A DNA stretch of 64,000 nt from Nitrospinota bacterium (lineage in GTDB: Bacteria > Nitrospinota > Nitrospinia > Nitrospinales > VA-1): contig JAOMDP010000001.1 in assembly GCA_028345515.1 (NCBI GenBank), positions 53,318 through 117,317 on the forward strand, in the 5' to 3' direction. A program made the translations under genes and the position numbers. Below are positions 46,301-53,922 of the stretch, piece after piece (the first letter of the stretch is position 1; each line of letters opens with the position of its first letter). The notes beneath the pieces were generated by a model. That model searched no databases and was not told the origin of the DNA. It saw only the letters and a list, made by a program, of their open reading frames with translations.

Positions 46301-46769
46301 TTTCACGGTTCTCTTTATCCAAATAAGGGAAACCGTCATCCGCCCACTGCTTCCAGCCAACACGGATCATAGGGTACTTGTTCCGGTAAGGGCCATAAGC
46401 TCGGCGAGGATACGTCATACCACGCAGACACATGCGAGGATTCCACGCAGCATCAGCTTGGTTACCATACAGATCGCGAATCTTATGATGATCGTAGTTC
46501 TGCTCGATACGCATCAAGATGCCGTTACGTACGAAACCACGCACTCGACATTGATGGGTGTCGTTCGGAGAACAACAATACGTAAAAGATCGCTCATACT
46601 TGTACTGATCACGGTAGACTTCTTCCCACCGTCGGTCAGGATAGGATTCCAGCGGATTCCCTACTTTTACTACGGGCTTCAGCTGTGCTCCAACCCTCTT
46701 GCTCGTCAATGCCATAGCTGTCGCTACACCAGCACTCACCTGCAAGAATTTACGTCTGTTTAACCTCAT
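43308..46769 (-). CDS. nxrA: Molybdopterin catalytic alpha subunit with Tat signal, putative periplasmic nitrite oxidoreductase NxrA
   Basis: The ATG at 46769 is preceded by AAGGAGG. Twin-arginine signal MRLNRRKFLQVSAGVATAMALTSKRVGA. The N-terminal Fe-S region TYCCSPNDTHQCRVRGFVRNG matches my recollection of Nitrospira/Nitrospina-type NxrA. About 1150 aa. Confidence 0.85.
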   Translation of the reverse strand: MRLNRRKFLQVSAGVATAMALTSKRVGAQLKPVVKVGNPLESYPDRRWEEVYRDQYKYERSFTYCCSPNDTHQCRVRGFVRNGILMRIEQNYDHHKIRDLYGNQADAAWNPRMCLRGMTYPRRAYGPYRNKYPMIRVGWKQWADDGFPYLDKENREKYKMTSRGTDEFVRLTWDQTFTYLAKGHVAVAKAYSGARGAQRLKNEGYQPEMIEAMGGSGPRTFKYRGGMGLLGVVGKYGVYRLANQVALLDSIIRGRGPGKVLGGRAWSNYTWHGDQAPGHSWTHGMQTSDIDFADHRYAKMTIQWGKNLIENKMPEAHWYTEIMERGGTLVSIAPEYNPPATKADYWVPVRAGLSDISLFLGVAKIIMDEGLVDVDYVKDYTDMPLLVRTDTLVRLHPDDFIPGYKAQSLPKDGFTTKWMKNFNRDMMPDFTVWDTNTDKPVAITREDIGAKMRKKNIDPALDGVFDIKLVSGKTITAMPLYEMYKIHLKDYDVDTVNQICHAPKDLIVRVARDIGTIKPVEIHYGEGINHYFHATMHNRASYVPLMLTGNVGPKGSGSHTWAGNYKAGNYQGSHWSGPGFAAMVAEDPFNTILDSSKNIDWKNVKGYLKGEEVSYWAHRDKALIVNTPRYGRKVFTGRSHMPTPTKLCWFVNVNVINNAKWFYELVFNTNNNVDMIVAQDIEFTGSCEYSDIVLAPNSWAEFESYEITSACSNPFHQIWGGTGIKPIFDTIDDNLIHREFSRRLAEVTGDKRFADHMKVYEGEAPNRTKAMIRRLFTTSTTGMGYNIDDIINGRYGEPGACLLLFRTYPRSPFWEMYTESKPFYTPNGRIQFYNDEAEAIEYGENFIVHREGPEATPYLPNVIVSTNPYIRPDDYGIPEDEQDPDLRHVRNIKKPWSAVRTTKNFLWEKGYRFYCVTPKSRHTAHSSWATTDWNMIWNNNFGDPYRMDKRSPGVGEWQVHMNPFLCKDLGINEGDYVYCDANPADRPYMGWKPSDPRYKVARLMLRAKYNPAYPYHTTMMKHATWIATERTVKAHEERPDGRAMSMTTPYQSNFRYGGQQSITRSWLMPMHQTDTLFHKAKTKMKFKHGYEADNHAVNAVPKETLVKFSKAEDGGLHGKGLWEPVRTGYTPESPLKDRFAEMYLAGQYVRVKI

Positions 46770-47641
46770 AGACAAACCTCCTTGTGAAACTTGGAAATTT
46801 TGAGCCCGGTTAATCACCGAACCCATTTTCACAAACTACTTCACACTACAACTTCTTTACTTCTTCGGGGTGTCCACCCAAGGGTTTTTGACCCCCCTAC
46901 TTCTACTTAAAAAACTTGCTTTTAAAAACTGCAAAAACCTACTACTTTTAAAACTTTTTTCAACAATAAAACTACAATTTACAACTATAAAAAATAAAGG
47001 CTAAGCGCGGAAATCCCGCGTCAAATCGCATCAAAACAGATCTCTGAAAATGAGCAACATGACAACACTATTGGAAAACTCGCTTACGTTTCATAATCAT
47101 TATAAGAGGCGAATACTCCTTAAACTCCCCATTTTCCGGACCTGAATTTAGGCAAACATTCCCAACCTTTTTATTCAGATTAAGCCCAGTTATATGGAAT
47201 TTCCAGACATTTGTCAAGGAAATATCCGTGAAAAAATAATTAAATTTTCTAACTAAAATATGGGCCCTAAATAATGCAATTTCACGAAAAAAAAAAATTT
47301 TTTAAAGACCAAAAATTTCTAATAAAAAATCACGAAAAACTTGTAAACCTTTATAAAATAATGGTTTTATGGGGCGCCCTTCTCAAATAAGAGAGCAATA
47401 CCCGGTTCCCTTAATAAAAAAGCGTAAAATAATGGTTAAATTTGCAAAAAATCACTGAATGTTTTTAAAATTTTTATGCTTTAGAGTTTTAATAATTTCC
47501 AAAATTTAATTAAGAAAATTGTATTTTTCTTCCGAAAATTTTGCCTAATCATCTTTTTTGGTAAAAATTTATTAAAATTGTCTCTAAAAATTTGCTAAAA
47601 AATAATTTGGAGCTATAATTTTCCATTTTTGGGGAGTTGAA

Positions 47642-48127
47642 ATGAAAAAAAAACGCATTGCCCTGTATCCTGGAACATTTGATCCGGTTACTTGTGGTCA
47701 CATAGATATAATGCGTCGTGCACTCAAACTTTTTGATGAATTAATTGTGGCCGTGGCTTTGAATCCTAAAAAGAGCCCGTTATTCTCATTGGAAAAACGT
47801 GTTGATTTTATAAAAGAAGCAACTCAGGACCTGAAAAATATAGGGGTCATTTCTTTTGATAATTTACTTATCTCTTTGGCTCATAGTAAAAAAGCATCTG
47901 TGGTCATTAAAGGGTTGCGAGCTATCAGTGACTTTGAATTTGAATTACAGATGGGATTAATGAACCGTACCCTCGACGAAAAAATAGAAACTCTTTTTAT
48001 GATTCCCAGTCAGGAGTTTTCTTTTTTAAGCTCAAATCTGGTAAAAGAAACAGCTAGGCATGGCGGTGATGTCTCTAAACTTGTTCCAAAAATTGTTTTT
48101 AAAGAATTAAAAAAAGCTTTCAAATGA
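47642..48127 (+). CDS. coaD: Phosphopantetheine adenylyltransferase
   Basis: IALYPGTFDPVTCGHIDIMRRA motif; 161 aa. Confidence 0.93.
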   Translation: MKKKRIALYPGTFDPVTCGHIDIMRRALKLFDELIVAVALNPKKSPLFSLEKRVDFIKEATQDLKNIGVISFDNLLISLAHSKKASVVIKGLRAISDFEFELQMGLMNRTLDEKIETLFMIPSQEFSFLSSNLVKETARHGGDVSKLVPKIVFKELKKAFK

Positions 48128-49320
48128 AATTTTCTAACCGTATAGAACAAGTAAATCCTTCAATGACTTTGGCGATCGATGCAAAAGCCAAGGAGCTGAA
48201 GGCTAAAGGGGAAGATGTAATTGGTTTTGGTGCAGGGGAACCGGATTTTGATACACCCGATCGAATCAAGCAAGCCGGGATCCGAGCCATTGAAGCAAAC
48301 GAAACTCATTACACTCCAGTCGGAGGAACCAATGAACTGAAAGATGCGATCATTGCCAAAATGAAAAGGGATAATGGCTTGGATTATGATAGAAACCAGA
48401 TAATGGTCTCCTGCGGTGCAAAACACTCATTTTATAATCTTGCTCAAGCATTATGGGAAGAGGGTGATGAGGTAATCATTCCTGCCCCTTACTGGGTATC
48501 ATTTCCTGAGATGGTAGTTTTGGCAGGAGCAAAACCTGTAATTATAGAAACCAACTCTACGAATAATTTCAAAATCACAGTGGATCAGATTAAAGAAGTC
48601 CTTACTCCAAACACACGAGCAATATTGATCAACACTCCGAGTAATCCAACAGGCTTCGCCTACAAAAAATCGGAATTGGAAGCTATTGCCGATTATGCCC
48701 TGAAAAATAATTTATTACTCATTTCCGATGAAATTTATGAGTGGATAATTTTTGATGGGTTTCAACACACTAGCCTCGCTTCATTAAGTAAGGAGGTGCA
48801 GAAAAATTGTATTGTAATCAATGGCGTATCAAAATGCTATGCCATGACCGGTTGGAGAATTGGCTATATCGCAGCCGATTCTGAAATTGTCAAAAAAGTT
48901 ACCAAGCTGCAAGGACAAAGTACATCCGGCCCTTGTTCCATTTCACAGGCGGCCAGCATTGAAGCCCTTACAGGGCCGCATGACGATGTAATAGCAATGG
49001 TGCATGAATTTGAAAAGCGCAGGAATGTTATGGTAGATCGATTAGCTGGTATCCCCGGAGTTTCTTGTAACAAACCCAATGGTTCATTTTATTCTTTTCC
49101 GGATTTCTCTGCTCTTTATGGAAAAAAAGATAGAAATGGAAAGCAACTTCAAGGTTCGTTAGATTTTACCGAATACCTTTTAACAGAAAAAAAAGTAGCT
49201 ATCGTTCCAGGCATTGCCTTTGGAGCGGATGCAAATGCTCGTATGTCTTTTGCAACCTCGATGGAGAAAATTGAGGAAGGCCTCAGGCGAATTGCGGAAG
49301 CTGTAGAAATGTTGCAATAA
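48124..49320 (+). CDS. PLP-dependent aspartate/aromatic aminotransferase (class I)
   Basis: NGVSKCYAMTGWRIGY (PLP-Lys motif) and NPTGF. It overlaps the coaD stop by 4 nt. Confidence 0.9.
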   Translation: MKFSNRIEQVNPSMTLAIDAKAKELKAKGEDVIGFGAGEPDFDTPDRIKQAGIRAIEANETHYTPVGGTNELKDAIIAKMKRDNGLDYDRNQIMVSCGAKHSFYNLAQALWEEGDEVIIPAPYWVSFPEMVVLAGAKPVIIETNSTNNFKITVDQIKEVLTPNTRAILINTPSNPTGFAYKKSELEAIADYALKNNLLLISDEIYEWIIFDGFQHTSLASLSKEVQKNCIVINGVSKCYAMTGWRIGYIAADSEIVKKVTKLQGQSTSGPCSISQAASIEALTGPHDDVIAMVHEFEKRRNVMVDRLAGIPGVSCNKPNGSFYSFPDFSALYGKKDRNGKQLQGSLDFTEYLLTEKKVAIVPGIAFGADANARMSFATSMEKIEEGLRRIAEAVEMLQ

Positions 49321-49374
49321 CCAGCCTGTAAAAAGCTGATGTAACTTCTACCCTATGGGCGAAGGACTGGTACT

Positions 49375-49596
49375 TTAGGTTGTTTTGATGCTCTCTTTGT
49401 AGTCTTTTATTCGCTCTTCAATTTTAGCTCGGCACCTTTTAGCTTTGCAGTTTCCCGTGCCAACACCAATATTTTTTCTCAGTGCTTCAAAACTCAAAGA
49501 ACCTTCCTTTATCGCAGCCATTATAGTACCTGCCTTGATACTTCGGCAAATACACACCTTCTTAAAGCTGTCTATCAATTGTTTTTTTGTTTCCAA
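49375..49596 (-). CDS. BFD-like [2Fe-2S]-binding protein
   Basis: VCICR ... GTGNCKAKRC has the Cys spacing of bacterioferritin-associated ferredoxin-like domains. Confidence 0.7.
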   Translation of the reverse strand: METKKQLIDSFKKVCICRSIKAGTIMAAIKEGSLSFEALRKNIGVGTGNCKAKRCRAKIEERIKDYKESIKTT

Positions 49597-49720
49597 AATA
49601 TATATAGTTCCCGATATGATTCTTACGGGCTTTAAATTTTTATTTATAATAGAATTTATAGGCTCAAAATAAAATCAATTTAGAGCACTGCTACCCAATA
49701 GATATTGTAAACCACACACC

Positions 49721-51268
49721 TTGAAATACCTAACACTTAAAGAAAATAAACCTTTTATCCTATCTGCATGCAGTGGAGTATTGCTCACCCTTACTTTTCC
49801 TGAATACAACCTAGAAGCTTTAGCATGGGTAGCGTGCATTCCTTTGTTTTATGCCATGGAAGACAGTTCCCCTCAAAGGGCTGCTTTTCTCGGATTCCTC
49901 ACCGGAATGGTTTTTTATAATTGTGGATTGAGTTGGATCCATAATACTCTAATTAATTATGGGGGCCTGCATTGGATTCTAAGTTTTGGAGTTCTTGGTC
50001 TTTTATCTTCCTATTTATCTTTTTTTATCGCACTTTTTTGCTATTTATTGAGAAGGGTCTCCGCCAATAATCCAATTCATTTCTTTTTGTTTGCACCGGT
50101 TATTTGGGTTTCGCTGGAATATTTACGCTCTACCCATTCGGAATACGGTTTTTCCTGGTTGGGTCTGGGTTATTCACAATTCCAGAATCTTCCTGTCATA
50201 CAGGCCGCAGAGTGGACCGGGGTTTATGGAGTTTCATGGATCATTCTTCTCTTTAACAGCGGGGTATATTTATCCTGGAAATGTTGGCGGGAGCAAAATA
50301 CCAATGGATGGGAACTCAAAACGGGGTGGAGGATTTTATCTGTTACCCTTCTTGTTTTTGCTCTTTGGCTGATTTATGGAAGTCAAAGGCTCACACATTT
50401 TTCAAAGAATCCTGATGAAAAAATAAAAATAGGAGTAGTCCAAGGAAATATAGAGCAATTTATGAAATGGAATCCGGTTTATCAAAACTTCGTCATAAAT
50501 AAGTACCGAGACCTGACTTTAAAAGCCGCCCAAAACAAACCCGACCTTATTATCTGGCCAGAAACTGCAACGCCGTTTTATTTTGAAGAAAATCCTAACG
50601 AAACCGACATAATAAGAAACCTTGTAAGGGAAATTCAAATACCTCTTTTATTTGGTAGCCCTCATCGAAAAAAAATAAAAAATAAAAAAATTTATTTTAA
50701 CAGTGCTTATTTGCTATCAGGAACAGGAGAAACTTTAAGCCGCTATGATAAAATTCATTTAGTGCCGTTTGGTGAATTTGTGCCTTTTCGAACAGTATTG
50801 TTCTTCATAGAAAAACTGGTGGTAATGATTGGGGACTTTGGCCGCGGCACAGAGCCAACAGTAATGGAAAATGCGGGTAATAAAGTAGGCATTTCGATTT
50901 GCTATGAATTAATTTTTCCAGATTTAATACGGCAATCTGTAAAAAATGGCGCAAATTTTTTAGTAAACATTACCAACGATGCATGGTTTGGAAAAAGCGC
51001 TGCCTCCTACCAACATATGAGTATGGGCTCATTGCGTGCGGTCGAAAACAGAATGCCTATTGTTCGGGCAGCCAATACTGGCATTTCTGGCGCCATCGAG
51101 GCTACCGGAAAGTTAAAAGACAAAACAGAATTGTTTGTAGAAGATTCTTTTATTACAAAAATCTCTCCCGCAACAAGCGGCAAAACTTTTTACAGTCTAA
51201 ACGGCGATGTCTTCTGTTGGCTATGTCTATTACTAACGGGACTACTTGGGTTTACATCGCGAAAATAA
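49721..51268 (+). CDS. lnt: Apolipoprotein N-acyltransferase
   Basis: Multi-TM N-terminus plus a CN-hydrolase domain (WPETA, ISICYE). TTG start in the track. Confidence 0.9.
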   Translation: MKYLTLKENKPFILSACSGVLLTLTFPEYNLEALAWVACIPLFYAMEDSSPQRAAFLGFLTGMVFYNCGLSWIHNTLINYGGLHWILSFGVLGLLSSYLSFFIALFCYLLRRVSANNPIHFFLFAPVIWVSLEYLRSTHSEYGFSWLGLGYSQFQNLPVIQAAEWTGVYGVSWIILLFNSGVYLSWKCWREQNTNGWELKTGWRILSVTLLVFALWLIYGSQRLTHFSKNPDEKIKIGVVQGNIEQFMKWNPVYQNFVINKYRDLTLKAAQNKPDLIIWPETATPFYFEENPNETDIIRNLVREIQIPLLFGSPHRKKIKNKKIYFNSAYLLSGTGETLSRYDKIHLVPFGEFVPFRTVLFFIEKLVVMIGDFGRGTEPTVMENAGNKVGISICYELIFPDLIRQSVKNGANFLVNITNDAWFGKSAASYQHMSMGSLRAVENRMPIVRAANTGISGAIEATGKLKDKTELFVEDSFITKISPATSGKTFYSLNGDVFCWLCLLLTGLLGFTSRK

Positions 51269-51288
51269 ATATAAAATATTGGTGTAAA

Positions 51289-52107
51289 TCAACCCGTTGT
51301 TAAATGGTTTAGAATTAGTTCTACGTTTTTGTCTCCAGGTTTGACGCTGATAAATCCCTCTATATCTCCCGCGCCAGCGCGGGCATCACCATCTGCATCG
51401 ATTCTTCCTGTCAAAACCATCGGCCCCTCAAAGCTAGCCCCGGGAAACATGACATCCTGTGCTCCTAAACTAAACTTAAAAGGCATTTTGATATCTGGAA
51501 TTCTTTTAACTGCAATAGGAGGGCCGCGTTTAACTTCTGTACTTCTTGCAAATAAAAACAGCACAGCATTGTCTTTAATTTTGTTTTTAAGTCTTTCGCT
51601 AACACGGATCGTTCCCTGAATGTTTAGCGTTCTCCCTTCCACCACTTTATCGAGAATTAACTGCACTCCTTTGTCTCCAGCTTTTACATTTTTTTTACCC
51701 TCTACATCACCCGCGCTCGATTTTCGATTTCCATCCTGATCAAGCCTAGCGGTCAGAGTTAAATTTCCCTCGAAAACACTGCCTTCCATCATGGTGTTGA
51801 GCTGGCCAATCTCAAATTTAAACGGAAATTCAAATATTCCATGTTTCCTCACTGCTAAAGGAGGGCCTGATTCCATACCTTCTGGACGAGCAAATATAAA
51901 CAAATCGGCACTAGGATTTATGGAAACCCCCAAATCCGGCAACATTAAAATAGTTCCAGAAACATCATTTATATGGGCTTTAGGATCACTTTTACGCGCA
52001 AGTTCCTTCTTTAAAGTTTCGGGTAAAGGGTGCTCTTTCATTTTTCCTTCACAGCCAACGAGAGATAAAAATATAATAAAATATAAAAAAAGTGTTAATT
52101 GTTTCAA
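51289..52107 (-). CDS. Lipoprotein with two tandem CcmI/CycH-C-terminal-like domains
   Basis: Lipobox LVGC. Internal duplication: LFIFARPEGMESGPPLAVRK...LTARLDQDGNRKSSAGDVEG versus LFLFARSTEVKRGPPIAVKR...LTGRIDADGDARAGAGDIEG. Confidence 0.5.
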   Translation of the reverse strand: MKQLTLFLYFIIFLSLVGCEGKMKEHPLPETLKKELARKSDPKAHINDVSGTILMLPDLGVSINPSADLFIFARPEGMESGPPLAVRKHGIFEFPFKFEIGQLNTMMEGSVFEGNLTLTARLDQDGNRKSSAGDVEGKKNVKAGDKGVQLILDKVVEGRTLNIQGTIRVSERLKNKIKDNAVLFLFARSTEVKRGPPIAVKRIPDIKMPFKFSLGAQDVMFPGASFEGPMVLTGRIDADGDARAGAGDIEGFISVKPGDKNVELILNHLTTG

Positions 52108-52309
52108 AATGTTCCTCCGATAAGACCTTGTAAGGCCTGGGAAATTAATTTGATTGTACAGATTGCCATGCCTTTAAATAGGTTTAATTTATAAATACGA
52201 CATAATTTTCACTTAGCCAATTGAACCCAGAATATTTGACGTTATAAAGAAACATTACGGAGTGCGCAAGTTGAAGGGTCCGAAAAGGCTTTCAGTTTTG
52301 GAGCATAAA

Positions 52310-52504
52310 GTGTTTCACGAGGTCAAAGTATTTGATAAAAAAGGAAAGGTAAAAAAAATTCTTTCCCGTAAGAAGCTCAGTAAAAATTATTGGGATTCAT
52401 TTTACCAGATGGGGGAACCCATCAAAAAAAAAGGAAAAAAAGGCGGACAAAAAACATCCAGGTTGGTAGATTTTGATGATGAAAACCTTTCTTCCGATAG
52501 TTAA
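52310..52504 (+). CDS. Small basic protein, paralogous N-terminal module to the ORF at 17415
   Basis: GTG at 52310 with GGAG 6 nt upstream gives MFHEVKVFDKKGKVKKIL, parallel to MAYECKVYDKNGKLKKIV. The track ORF begins at an upstream GTG at 52262. Confidence 0.4.
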   Translation: MFHEVKVFDKKGKVKKILSRKKLSKNYWDSFYQMGEPIKKKGKKGGQKTSRLVDFDDENLSSDS

Positions 52505-52620
52505 AAAAAGAATAACCACAAGTTAATTGCTAAGCAAATCAATTTAGGGACGTTTCAATTACTGGCTGACTCCTAATCCTCCACCAAGGTTGAGTTGACA
52601 AAAAATTGGAATTTCCTATT

Positions 52621-52658
52621 ACGTGGGAGGCAAATCCAGGAGGAATCGCCTCCCACGT
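52621..52658. terminator. GC-rich 11-bp hairpin between convergent genes (possible terminator)
   Basis: ACGTGGGAGGC-(16 nt)-GCCTCCCACGT followed by GCCCTTTTATT. The T-run is modest on the plus strand and poor on the minus strand. Confidence 0.4.
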
Positions 52659-52753
52659 GCCCTTTTATTCTGGGCCAATCTATTCCTAATAGTTAATTCA
52701 AATAAAAAAATAGGTGAGAGTCGAGTTGGCTTAAAATTTTGAAAGTCAAATAT

Positions 52754-53608
52754 CTACCGACGGTAATCTTTGCCTTCTAGGTTTATTTTCTTGCACATTT
52801 CCATCAGGCGAGAATGAATTCGGGCACCGATTTTTTCTTCAAGGGTAAAACGTGAGTAGGCATTAGATAAGCCTTGCTTGTCATTTCGACCAGTTGGTGT
52901 TAAAGGGTTTTCAAGGTTATCGCTAAAATTCGTAGTAACCAACGTAACCTTATCGTCATCGTTGTAACGAGTGGAAATAAAATGATCTAGAATGGTAATT
53001 TCCCAATCCGTATTTCGACCTTTCGCCAGCTCATCAATCACCAGTACCTTTACTCCTACATAAGGATCAATAAAATCCTTTTCTGAAATATCCTCTCCAT
53101 ACCCGTGGCGAATATCTCTCAGGAGTTCAAAAAAATCGACGAACTTGCATTCTATCCCGTGTTCCATAACTAATTCCTTAATTACTGATACTACAATATG
53201 AGTTTTTCCAAGTCCGGGCGCACCCATGTATATAAGACCTTGACTGTATTGGCCCTTTCTATCAACGTAATCTTTTATGAATTTTTTGGAATTGATTAAA
53301 GCATTTTTTTGAGTTCTATGCTGCGGTGGGTCCACCGAATAAGAATTAAAATCTTCGTGAACAAACTTACCGGGTACGCCCGCATGGTTAAACAATGCCA
53401 TTCTTTCAAAAAGCCAGTTGCATTCACATTCTTTAATTTTGGAGAAACCTTCCGGAGCTTCTTCAAAAATCCTGCGGCTGCCCTCACAAAGCTTGCACTC
53501 AAAACAAGAACAGGTTTCCGCCTGTACTCTTCCTTTTATGTTTACAAAAACATATTTTTTATCGCGGCAACGTCCGCAATCTATTGCTTGTTTTATTTTT
53601 TGTTTCAT
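52754..53608 (-). CDS. DnaC/DnaI/IstB-family AAA+ ATPase with N-terminal Cys-rich (zinc) domain
   Basis: Walker A GAPGLGKTH, Walker B LVIDELA, sensor TTN. The N-terminus has CGRC, CSCFECKLC and CEC. Confidence 0.75.
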   Translation of the reverse strand: MKQKIKQAIDCGRCRDKKYVFVNIKGRVQAETCSCFECKLCEGSRRIFEEAPEGFSKIKECECNWLFERMALFNHAGVPGKFVHEDFNSYSVDPPQHRTQKNALINSKKFIKDYVDRKGQYSQGLIYMGAPGLGKTHIVVSVIKELVMEHGIECKFVDFFELLRDIRHGYGEDISEKDFIDPYVGVKVLVIDELAKGRNTDWEITILDHFISTRYNDDDKVTLVTTNFSDNLENPLTPTGRNDKQGLSNAYSRFTLEEKIGARIHSRLMEMCKKINLEGKDYRR

Positions 53609-53856
53609 CCCCGTTCGATTTCTTCTTCAATAAAAACTTTAAGATAACTCAAGCTAACACGGGTTGGCTGCCTAGGATTGGTACTTTCAAATTTGCCGAA
53701 TCCAGTTTCAATTCCACGGCACACTACCTTTACCGGAACTCCACGATTCTCCCATTGCTGGATGAGATCATAGTCTATTGCAGAAAGCGATAAACCCGAT
53801 TCCTTAAAAGATAGAACAAATTGCTCTACCGTTATCAGGTAATCTCCGTTTTCCAT
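53605..53856 (-). CDS. Small protein with possible DnaD/DnaB_2-like domain
   Basis: 83 aa. LSLSAIDYDLIQQWENRGVPVKVVCRGIETGF...SLSYLKVFIEE loosely follows the DnaD C-terminal domain pattern. It has a 4-nt ATGA overlap with the AAA+ gene. Confidence 0.35.
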   Translation of the reverse strand: MENGDYLITVEQFVLSFKESGLSLSAIDYDLIQQWENRGVPVKVVCRGIETGFGKFESTNPRQPTRVSLSYLKVFIEEEIERG

Positions 53857-53922
53857 TGAAAAAATTATGAGAGGTAAAAAATTTTGGTAAGAATACTACA
53901 GGTGCGTTAAGAAAAAAAGTAT

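Noticed and set aside
44106-46763. Several long plus-strand ORFs (147-241 aa) inside nxrA
   Set aside because: They are antisense to a clearly homologous 1150-aa molybdoenzyme gene. Their products are low-complexity and Arg/Ser/Thr-rich, as expected for shadow ORFs in a locally GC-richer gene.
47433-47446. Sigma54-like TGG...TTGCA element in the nxrA/coaD intergenic region
   Set aside because: The GG-to-GC spacing is 2 nt shorter than the -24/-12 consensus, and the element faces coaD rather than nxrA.
52595-52660. TTGACA-N16-TATTAC promoter driving a tiny hairpin sRNA
   Set aside because: The predicted start site would fall inside the 5' arm of the hairpin, so the transcript could not form it. 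The -10 hexamer is also weak.
52754-53608. IstB-like ATPase as part of an IS21-family mobile element
   Set aside because: There is no IstA transposase, no terminal inverted repeats and no target duplication. The upstream partner is an 83-aa non-transposase ORF.
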